DNA from: Kudoa neothunni
Lineage: Eukaryota > Animalia > Cnidaria
NCBI GenBank assembly: GCA_964304625.1
Contig: OZ199838.1
Location: 6,435,731-6,499,730 of the forward strand
Reading direction: 5' to 3'
DNA length: 64,000 bases
Both the position numbers and the translations under genes were made by a program. The notes beneath the pieces were generated by a model. It was not told where the DNA came from and made no database searches. It saw nothing but the letters and a program-made list of their open reading frames with translations. This document shows positions 53,468-64,000 of the stretch, piece after piece. Position 1 is the stretch's first letter. Each line of letters begins with the position of its first letter.

Positions 53468-54092
53468 CTAAGGGAGTGCGGAGTAATTTTTTGCTTGTGC
53501 CTTGACTTTTTTCGTGTATTCTAATTTATCCTTCCTAGAGAAGCCGATTATTTAACAAATTAAAAAGAGCACACACATGAAAATAGAGTGAGCTTCTTGT
53601 TGAGCAGGATCGTTGGGGTTGGGGTTATCGAGTAGGTCTTGAATGCCACACAAAATTTGTTTAACGGTAATTGCAGGACGCCATCCTTTCGACTCATCAA
53701 GCAAACTCAAGCACACAGTGCCGGAGGGGAAAATATTGGGATGGAAAATTGGAGGTTGAAACTGGCATTTGGGTGGGGACGATGGATAATCATCTTTGAA
53801 TATCATCACCAATTTGTAATGGCCACCTTCCCAGTCAGTATCTTTTTTTCCGGGAATAGCTATACATACCAAATGGTTACAATTATTTATGCTATTTCCA
53901 ACAAGAGCATAGTATACAGCAATTCCACGTCATAAGATTGAGGCTTCCATCTTTGTTTTGTTGAGGCTTAGCAACGAATCCCTGTAAAGTCTTTTAAATT
54001 TTTGAACTCATATAATAAGCTACATAAGGGTGATCTTTTCTCCATGCTTTCCGTTCTTCAGAAAGTCTTGTCAGAGCCAGCGCAGAGGGCAT
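53468..54092 (-). CDS. UBE2I: SUMO-conjugating enzyme UBC9, 4 exons
   Basis: [29 protein letters not shown]...[12 protein letters not shown]...[32 protein letters not shown]...[16 protein letters not shown]. Confidence 0.97.
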
Positions 54093-54104
54093 ATTAGATA
54101 TGTG

Positions 54105-54115
54105 TGCGCGTGCGT
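54105..54115 (+). promoter_or_regulatory. NRF1/EWG-like motif TGCGCGTGCGT upstream of UBC9
   Basis: Identical to the 11-mer upstream of GTF2H5, ~13 bp from the UBC9 ATG. Confidence 0.5.
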
Positions 54116-54464
54116 CATAAACATGGTGGGTCAAGTATATAAGTAAATTATCAACAGCATAACTCCACTAAAAATCTTTTCTATGGGCCATTTTCGTCGT
54201 TATAGTCTATCAGCATTCATGCACGAGTCGCAGTTAAGAGGGGAAAAATATTTAATGCCTCTGAATAATTTTTGGCGCCAAAAAGTTGAGGATATTTTGA
54301 CGAATTCCCCAATGCATATCACATTGTTTTCTATACTTTAAAAATTGAATACTTTAAAAAGATATAGTGAAATACTAATCCATTCTTTATATAAGACCAG
54401 TGTATGTGTGTGTTTGTGTTAGGTCTCATGTGGTCTCGTGTACCAGCGGAAAATTTTATTTAAA

Positions 54465-55634
54465 CTAGCGCGAACTGCCCAGCGTGCTTGGGAAGATTTC
54501 GTCTAGAGACGTTTTTAATTGCATTCAAAAAATATATTGAAGTTTTGAATTAACCCACAAATACAAAATAATTAAAAAATTTTAAGCATCATACTTAAAC
54601 GATTTGGATTATGAAATTTAAATTATGATCATTTCTTCGAAAGAGTGCAACAATCCCGGTGTTCATTTAAAAATTTCGTTGTCCTGCACTAACGCTAAAT
54701 AATCTAAGGTGAGAGTTGCATTTTTTTCATTCCAGAAATATTTAAATCTCGTTAAAGTGTTATCGAAAACGTTATATTTTGACCCGGTGGAATTTTAAAA
54801 GCCGAATTCTGGCCTGACTCAGGAATTGTGTGCACCACAGCTACTTTTCAAGATACAAAAAAAATAGAAAAAGATATAGAGATAGATTAAAACGTATGAA
54901 AATTAATTGATTTTGCTAAGATTAACTTCGTTTGGCCCGGCATAAACATTAATGCATTTTTCCCAAATTAACAACTAAAAATCACTTCAATATCAACATA
55001 ATATTTGAGTAATCGGATGAAGTAAAAGTATAACCACCTGCATTGAATTTAATCACGGAAAGTTAAACTTAACGGACGATTTCAATGAAATCTACAGACA
55101 CAGTATTTCCATTATAATTCTCTAATCAATGTAATTTGAACGTCCTCCATCAATTCGTTATTCATGAAACATATATGGATTTTTCCTCGCATTTTAAACC
55201 ATTAATAGAACCTTCAAAATGTGTTTATCAAGTCAAATACGTTGAAACTCCACAATTAAGGAGTGTATTTGCACAAACACCCAAATTTATACACTAAATT
55301 TATATTCAAAGTCAGATGATATCGCTTAATTAAAATTTTATTAAGCATATAAAGGAGAATGTTAACTTAAACCAACCATCAGCAGGGCATAAGCTGGTGT
55401 CAACCCTATTGTTGAACTCAAATAATCCGATAAACAAACTTTGAATCGACAAAACCACTATATTCTAAACACTTTCGGGAACGTTTCATAATGTGAAAAC
55501 GATTTAAAGATTTTTTGGAACATTGTGATTTTTAAAAAATTTCATAAATATCTCTTTATAAGGAAAAAATTTGGACGCACCTACGTTTTTGCTGACACGC
55601 ACACGGACACTTCAGCTTTTTTATATATAGTAGA
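54465..55634 (-). mobile_element. Non-autonomous Helitron
   Basis: Minus strand: A|TCTACTATATATAAAA..GTGTCCGTGTGCGTGT 5' end, subterminal hairpin CCCAAGCACGCTGGG, and 3' CTAG|T. Confidence 0.75.
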
Positions 55635-56469
55635 TAGTAGTCACAGCTTTTAATATACATATAAATGGATGTTGTCAATAAAGAAAGTCGTTAATTGACT
55701 TATTAGTACCTATATAATCATTATTGTTATCAGAAGTAAGAGATTACCTGTGGTCTACTATAAACAGACTAAAGTGCCTGAATAGTAGTAATGTGTGATC
55801 ACTTCAAGGGGAAGTGAATTAAAATGAATTTTCACTCACTATCTACAAAGAAAAACAGTTAATTAAATAATATATTATAAAAATTTTAAATATGTTGTTA
55901 AAAGTAATTTTAAAACAAATAAAACCGCCAACGTCATATATTACACGAGGGCTGCACCGTCCTTAAAGTTGGCGGCATACACGAATTTTTTAAGATAAAA
56001 ATTCACTGTTCAAACACCAAAGATTTATTTTAAGAAACTAAAATTATGACCATTTAAATTAAGCACATAATTAGAGAATATAAATAAGACGGGGGCTGTT
56101 GGCACGGTAAAATTTAATTCTAACGGCATGTACGTTTGCGCACTGGGAAATTTTAATCTCAGCAACTCCTATTTACAAGCAGTTTTTAGATTTAATTTTG
56201 TATAATCTGTCATATTTAATTATTTCTGACCTAATGCTGCGTTCTTAGGGCCATAAATAATTAAATATAGTCAAATCTAGCGCCACCTGAATATTATTTA
56301 CCGTGAAAATAGCCACTTCCTATAAATAATAGTCACTGATGAATAATCTAATGGCTCTATAAGCATTCTAGAATGATACTAGCACAAAATGCTCGCTTCG
56401 TGAAAGTTTCCTTGCCAGCCAAATTGTCTAATACCTGGCGCAGACTAAAGCCCTTTTGATTTCTAAGTA

Positions 56470-58415
56470 AATAACGTTAATACCCGGCTTTGCCTGATAT
56501 TGTGTGATGGAATATTTTAAATTAAAATTTTATTTTTGAATGGAGACATTTTATAGAATAGTTAATCTAATTGGCAAGTTAAACACTGAAAATTTCATTT
56601 TTCTATTTTAATTTATGCATTTTAAAGTTTGTCATTATTTTTGCAATGTGATAATTCAGATAAACAGAATTATGCAAGCATTTTCCATTCAAATACAAAT
56701 AGAGGTATGGAGGGAAATTAATGAGTATTTTTAAGTTTATTTTACAAATTATAACCAAAAATATAATGACCTTAATTTTATGAGAAATGAAACGTAATTA
56801 ACGATTAAAGTTTATTCACTTATTTATTAAACAAAATCATTAAGTAACTAGAATAGGGCTTTAAACTCTTTTCAAAATTTAGCGATAAAAATTAATCCTT
56901 CTAATTATAAAATTTATTATTAGTCTACAGACGATAAAAAAATCTACCTAAGATGCGTCAGCAATAAAAATATTAATTGTTACTCCTTTTTTTTGCAATT
57001 TTATAAAGGATGTTAATGAGGTTTTAATAATCTGTAAGAGGCAACTTACGTATTCACTATTTTAACATAATTTTCCGATTTGTTAATAAATGCAACCTTT
57101 GTTTTTTAACAATAATACTTACTGGTTCAAAAATATATAAATTTAATTAACAAAATAAGATTAAATCTAAAATGTAAAGGTGTTTTGTGGTCGAAAAATT
57201 ACAGTAATGCTTAAATATCAACTGGTTTCTCGAAGGAGTGTACCCTTTTAAAAATAAATGTACTGTTTGATTGACCCAAAAAAATTTCTTCGTATTGAAC
57301 TATTTTTAGATTGCCAACAACTTTTTTGAAAATATTGGTTAGATCGAATAGACCAATAATTTCTTATTAACATACATGGCACGTACCGAGAGGGGACTGT
57401 ATTTTGTGCAAAAGTAATCGTGAATATAAATTCTTAAACTACGTATAGGATGAGGTGTCGGATACTTCCATTCTAGCTTTTATATCATAATGAATTATTT
57501 TTAGCGAAGAGAAAATTATATATTGATTGGAATATTAATCTTAAGGTCTGGGGTAGGGAAAAATTAGGTAACTAAGAACTTAAACATAATTTAAAAAATT
57601 GTATCATCAAATATAGAAATTCATTGAATTAATCATGTTAGCTGCTTTGCAAGAATGATTAGGAAAACCAAATAATGAGTAAAAACTTATCGAAAAGACG
57701 AATATAGTTTCAATCTCAATCGATATATTTGGTAAAAAGAAATTTTCACATCTCAGGAATTCCAATGGGGCATAATTTTCATTTAAGAAATTGGCACAAA
57801 AATTCAATTATTTGAAAACTTTACACGCATCTTACATCGTTTTTAGAACGCTTATAAGACCCAAATTATTCTAGTGCGGCAACAATTTATAATCTCAAAT
57901 TATGTGTTTTATTTAAAATAATCATAAGTCTTTTTGCTTAAAATGTGTCTATAACGCTTGGAGAATGAATCTATATTTTAAAAAAATGTGATATACAACA
58001 AATTTTAAGGGAAATGCAAAAACTCTTGTAAATATGACGTTAATAGTTTTATTGTCTTAAAATTACTCCAAAAGGCATGCTTCACATTTTTAAAATATTC
58101 TATACCATAATTAACAGATTGTCTTCGTATATAATGGGTGAAAGGTCATTCTAATTGACTATCGCTCCAAAGTAAGCAAAAGTCAATATTACTCGGGTAC
58201 TTTTTAATCTGCTATTTGAGTAAACAACCAGAAAATTCCTTACTTCTGACTGCGTAATTGATTATCTTTGTATCTCTAAGTAAATGAACAATTTTTATCG
58301 ATGAAATCATCTATTCAAATGCAAATAAAAAGCTGTATTTAAGAAAAGTTTCTCCATGACACATGCGCACTTGTGGACACACGCAGACAGACAGGCAAAG
58401 GATTTTATATATAGA
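56470..58415 (-). mobile_element. Non-autonomous Helitron (3' end degenerate)
   Basis: Minus strand: A|TCTATATATAAAA...(CTGT)n 5' end. GC-rich subterminal hairpin-like CAGGCAAAGCCGGG near 56480-56495. Confidence 0.6.
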
Positions 58416-58428
58416 TGGAAAATAGATA

Positions 58429-59607
58429 CAGTGTTTCAAGTTCAAGATGCATTATTTGAACAAAAAATAAATAATTAATAAATATCAAAACAATAAAGCA
58501 ATTTTCAATAACTTCGTTGTTTAAGCATCATGGGAAATAACTCTCCGCATGATTGCAATAGTTTTGACATTGTGCAAACGTCACATCATTTGGACTAGAT
58601 TTTATCGCCCCTATAAGTTCAGTTTTGGTTGTTGGATTCTTGTGTCTCACTATTATTTTTAATTGGTTGAAAAGTTCCTCGATCGGGTTAAGGAAGGGGG
58701 AATATGGCGGTAGAAACAGAATCGAGTGATTTGTTTGTGCCACAAGATCCATGATGTAGTCAGTTTTGTGAAACCTTATATTGCCCATTATGAGCAATGC
58801 ATTTGATATACCGTTCAATTGTAGCTCCATGAAACGTTGGATTAAATATTCAGAAAACATATTTTCATTTACTGAGCCCTCGTGTACTTTGGTTGACCAT
58901 ACTTTCTGGGAACTCATTGCGACTATCAATGTAATATTTTTGTGGCGGACGGTTCTCACGGTTAAATTTGCTCTAGATCCAACAGGGGTCCTTCCAAAAA
59001 AGCGTCTCATTGATAAAGAGAATCCTGCTTCATCAGTATAGAGAACAAGAGAATAGTTTGGCTTTTGTTGGAGATAATTTATTACATAACTAATTTAGAT
59101 TTCATTTTAATTTATTATATATAATTTACTTTTTTCTTTTCTCTATACTCTCGGGTAGATTTCTGCCAACAGGAACTATGGAATTTTTTTTAGTGAATAG
59201 TGAAATCCTTCAAGAACATTAGCAATCGTTTTCCTGGATACACTAATGTTATATTGTGAATTTAGCATTTCCCCTAAAGATTTTAATGTTATAGTGCAAT
59301 CGTCGTAAACAAGTTGTTTTAGGAATTGTTTATTTTCGTCGTATAATAATTGACGTCGGTTGCCTCCCATATTTTTCTTTTCCACATTTCCTGTAGAATC
59401 CTTCAATTTAAGAATTCTTGTGACAGTAGTTGGATGAACTCCAACATACATGGTAATTTGTCTAGTTGGGACTTTTTCCTTAAAGTTATATAGCTAATTA
59501 ATTAAAATAACGAAATTCTGATAAATTTAGAATTAAATCTCGTGAAGTCATATTTTCTTTTTTTCACTGTTGAATTAATTATTATATCGGTTGAACTTAA
59601 AACACTG
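58429..59607 (-). mobile_element. IS630/Tc1-type transposon with 17-bp TIRs, transposase pseudogenised
   Basis: TA|CAGTGTTTCAAGTTCAA ... TTGAACTTAAAACACTG|TA. Motifs YTDEAGF, IMGNIRFH (second D changed to G) and [19 protein letters not shown] at 59176-59451. Confidence 0.9.
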
Positions 59608-60415
59608 TATAGATTACTCATGGAAATATATAGGGGAGTATGTCTTTACCCACCATTTATTCGTTCATCATAAACATGGTTGCATTTTGAACCTAAAATA
59701 CTATATTATCTGCATTACACCATTTCTATTAATTAAACATAAACTTAAATTGAATTGAATAAATAACGAACATATGCATCAAAAAGATAAATGTAGGTGC
59801 CATTTTAACCAGACACTAATCCAGACATTAAGCATTTTGATCCGAAAATTCCAGCCAAAAGTTGTTTCGGGTTTCGGTTAAGAGAAATTTTTCATATAAA
59901 ATCTACATCATTTTCAAATAAATTTTATAAAATCATTCGAATAACGTGATTTTCGGATAAACGGGGTTCGACTGTATTAAATATATTAACAATTAAAATA
60001 TAATTCTTATCTGTTATAGAACCACATATACATAGACTAATTCGATAATTATCATGAAATTCTCCAGGAATGTATATTTCGATTATTTTAAGGATAAAAG
60101 TTTTGATTTTTAAATCTATATTTAATATTGCGAATCTGAAATAAAAAAAATTTATGCCATCATCAATACTTCGCTCTCTCGATCTTATCGATTACCGACT
60201 TCTGCTCTATTCACTAACAATCATTGAATATCCATGTAAAAACAAACACATTAATGTTTGGCAAAATAATAACCTGGATATTTCGTTTCAAAGAATTTAA
60301 ATGACAATTAAAATTAAAATTCCTTTGAAAATTACATATCCAATTTACTGTTTCCCTCCATCCAAATTACAACGTTTTAACTCTTCGATGCGCATGCCCG
60401 AAGAGGAAACGTCTA

Positions 60416-62094
60416 ATGGAGCGACATTTAGATGACTACCAAATTCTGGTTGATTTTCAATCATATCTAAATGAAGATAATGGTATCAATTTAGTTTTGT
60501 GGAGATAAGTGTGGTTTTAATTTCTTTTTGATAGTTAATTACGACGTTGCTTTGGAAACCATCTCCATGTTCGAAGACCTTATCAAAGTATTCTTAGGAT
60601 GCGAACCATACCACAATCTGTCTTTATATTAAACGAGTAGGATGAACATTTTTTTGATGCCATCGAGCGGAATTTGGATTGTATGTTGTGTGTATTGGAG
60701 TTTTTAACGAAAAGTATAAGTTTGGTTGGCATGTGACTTTATGTGATAAATTAATAAGAACCTGCCGCAGTCGCTGACGACGAATCGTCTTATTATGTAC
60801 ATGAAACATATTTCTTTAGCACACATTCATACTTAAACATTATCATCGATAGAACTACAGAAAACGATGTATCGAAGTGTTGTGTGTAATGCCGCTGACG
60901 AACCATGCTACTATTTACGTGGAAGTAGGCTGGAAATTATTTGACACTATTCTTGACAGTACATCTATCTAGTTAATGGTAGAAAAGTTGAAAAATTTAA
61001 TACTAAAGGAAAATTTTCATAACGTGATTTTGTGTGTGAAATTGGTAAAAGATTTAATTAAATACTATCAGCCGTTTATTGATGTGAGTTATTTTTTTGT
61101 AAGCATGTGTATTGATCTGTGGTCAATTTTAGACCAACGATTTCATAGAACAAATGATGAACTATTTTTGCGTCATTTTGGATTTTTATGTAATTTTATC
61201 ATAGAAATATATAAATTTTTCTTAATTTGACATAACATTGATTAACTGTTTCTCGCAGTGTTACATAAACTATTTCTCTGTCATAATGTCGTAAGGAATG
61301 GTTGTGTTCTAACAGTGGATTATTCTAGAGAGAAAATTTACATTTGAATTGTGAAACGTTAAGTTTGGACAGTATCAACGAGCTCAAACAGAAACTTTTG
61401 TCCAAAAATAATTCTGTTCTTGACGACCATTTCGTTTCTCCTGACAACATACAAAGCCCTTATGTCACATTCGATTTTTTCAATGAAAATGCCATCTATG
61501 AAATTCTTTCCCTTATTGGTGTTGTATTTCAGGTGAGTTGATTTTTAATCATTACATATTTTTTTCAACCGTCTTATTATTATCACTACTACTACTACTA
61601 CTATTATATTACTATAATGCTTGGTGTGTAGGTTTATTCTATTCACATTCAAGGAGTTTCCACTTCTATATTAAACTACTTTCGGGATGTTATCAGACTC
61701 ACACCCGATATAGCCTATGAGAACTTTTTTGGGTATGTTAAGTTTTCTTCGAAAATATTTTACGTTAACTCTGCTCAGGGTTATCACAAGCACATCATTC
61801 AAAGATTTTATCAAGCTACAACTTCGAATCGCAACTCTCTATTGTGTATTGAGAAAGAAGGATTGGGTAGTTAGTTTACAGTTGATCTATATAGCGGTTG
61901 GTTACTGTTTGCTTCATATTAGATGTCAGATGAAATTGACAGCAATGGTGGATCTCAGATTGATTCAGTTGATACAGATTTGTCCAGATATACGGTCTAT
62001 ATGTGCATATTGTGCAGCTTAAAGGAAAATTTTCAAACCATGGGACTTCTGTATCGTCTTTCTCAGTTGGTTCATTTTGAATCACTTTTTTGTG
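60416..62094 (+). CDS. TRRAP: TRRAP/Tra1 (PIKK-family scaffold), divergent 5' portion, continues beyond window
   Basis: Spliced YRKRCIEVLCVMPLTNHATIYVELMVEKLKNLILKENFHNVILCVKLVKDLIKYYQP aligns by eye to TRRAP LRKLVLEIIHRIPTNEHLRPH...ENEENVLICLRIIIELHKQFRP. FKDFIKLQLRI matches YADFIAAQIKT. Confidence 0.75.
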
Positions 62095-62399
62095 GTAATA
62101 CTTTTTAATATTACAAATTTAATTGATCTGGGATGATCATATAAATTGGGATTAGTTGTATTTGACCTCTAATATAATTCAAATGAGTTAGGGATAATTG
62201 AAAATTTAGAATTAATTTTTTAGAATGACTTCTTATTTACTTTATTTTATATTACGTAAAAAATTTTATTTAATATGTTAAAAATATGTGCTTTTAATTT
62301 TCACTAATTCCCTCCGTCTGGCGCTAGTTCAAATAGGCAAAGGTTGCCGTTTCAGTTTGTGATTTTTCCTTTATAAGTTTAATCGTAATGGGTTTAAAT

Positions 62400-63300
62400 T
62401 CTCCAAAGATATGTATATATTTTTCAAATAATCTATTATGACTATCTGTTCTCTTTTTAAATATTACTGTTCGGAATTCCTTGACTTCGTTTGGGATTGA
62501 GAATATTTTTCTTTGAAAAATTTCTTATAACTTTTCTAAAGAACTGTATTAATCCTTCTATTAGCCTATGGAAGTAATTGAATTAAAAGCTTTTAAAAGT
62601 AATATAATTGTAACGAATGTGCTTTAAAAATTGAAATTAAGGTTATTTTAAAGAAATCATAACTATATAGCTAGATGAAAACTTACGACAATTAATATTT
62701 TTCTCTAATTAATAGCCCTTTATTCGTCATAAACTTTAGTACATCCTTATCTGAAATCAGCTTCAATGCCTTTTAATGACAACTTAACAATTTAAATAAG
62801 TGGATAAAGTAAAATTTGAACTTTTTTGTTGAATTTGATGGTTGAAAAATAAATTTAGCGGGCGGTTTCAATGAGATCTAAGGGAACAGTCCAAGTATAA
62901 CGAGGCTTTTGTCTATTTTATCGTCATATGCACTATCAATTCATCATTTTTTGGACAACTGTGGATCTTATTCTATACTTAAAACTATGATTTCTCTGAT
63001 ATCACCTAATTCAAACAAGTATGAGTACTGAAAACATTCTGTACCTACCGACCCCAATGCCACGTTTTAAAAGCATGGTCCAATGCGAGATTCATATTAT
63101 GTACAAATTCGAGTAAATACTGTCTTGTTACATCGAAAGAGCTTTTAAATGTCGGAATGTTTTAATATTGAGTATTCAAGTCATATTTTGAATTAAACTC
63201 GGCGAAGGGAAATAGCATTTATTATCGAATTCTTGAATTCGCTGGAAAAAATTGTGGATATTGTTTTTCGATACAGTAATTAATTTTAAGTTAACAAATA
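62400..63300 (-). mobile_element. Degraded MULE-like remnant, probably within a TRRAP intron
   Basis: Short peptide remnants resembling MULE FPL and YIVMDF motifs. No long ORF. Confidence 0.3.
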
Positions 63301-64000
63301 AGATAAATATCATTTTGTTCGGAAAATATTAGACATTGTAAATTCTATTGGATCTTTAAGAAATTATCGATGTTCTCTTCCTGGATGAAACGTGTAATAA
63401 TAATTAAAAATATTTAATCAATATTTTATAACTATAAGTTATTTAAATTAAAGTTAAGCTATTTTGACCCACTCTAACTTAGGTGTATCATTTTCAATAC
63501 AAATGAGGTTGCATCATGTTTGTTCAGAATGAATTAGTTTTCAAAAAATTATGTTTTTTAAATTTATGCTGTGAATCTTTTTTTGTAATATAAATAAATA
63601 TGATAAAATGCTTTTTCATGCATGTACTAAAACATTTGTGAGCAGAAAGTTATTGGTGATTAAAAATAAAACATTCTTTTTGATCTTTCATAAATTTTAA
63701 TATCAGTTTTATGTTTTTGTAATGAACGTTGTTGGCTTTCTAAAATAACATAAAAAACTAAAAAGTACAATATTTTAGAGCGAAGCTTCCTAGTGGGAGG
63801 CGCAAATTAATGATTTAGAGTGCGAGATTAGATCACAATTGGAGATAATTTTTGAGAAAATTTTTAAATAAATTATCGATTTTTTAATATGTATAACGTA
63901 AAAAATTAATGAATACATCGTTATTTTATATAGTTTAATTTAATTTAATCCAGAAATATCTTACGACATGCATTTTATTCAAAAATTAATGATTGAGACT

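Noticed and set aside
60140-60396. Small spliced gene divergent from TRRAP
   Set aside because: No splice combination produced a convincing or recognisable protein.

Overview
AT-rich eukaryotic (animal) genomic DNA using the standard genetic code, with very short GT-AG introns (mostly 39-70 nt). It alternates tight gene islands with tracts of DNA transposons. The non-muscle myosin II, fast-evolving housekeeping proteins, tiny introns and TE mix (Merlin, IS630-like Tc1, MULE, hAT, piggyBac, pogo, Helitron) fit a reduced parasitic animal such as a myxozoan cnidarian; this is an inference, not proven. Genes spliced by hand: PNPLA6/7 (3' part), GTF2H5, RPS10, RPS18, an LCAT/PLA2G15-family lipase, PMM (last exon behind an 8.9-kb TE-filled intron), a HERPUD-like gene, non-muscle myosin II heavy chain, UBC9 and the 5' part of TRRAP. 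Main oddities: (1) a hAT element sitting twice, in opposite orientations, at the same palindromic GTTGCAAC site of another transposon family, with an empty site also in the window; (2) transposon nests up to five layers deep; (3) a structured tRNA-headed SINE family; (4) an eS10 lacking its ubiquitylation/RGG tail; (5) a 5.3-kb intronless myosin exon; (6) a shared NRF1-like motif just upstream of start codons; (7) palindromic bidirectional polyA signals between convergent genes. No rRNA, tRNA or CRISPR features were found. All alignments were done by eye.
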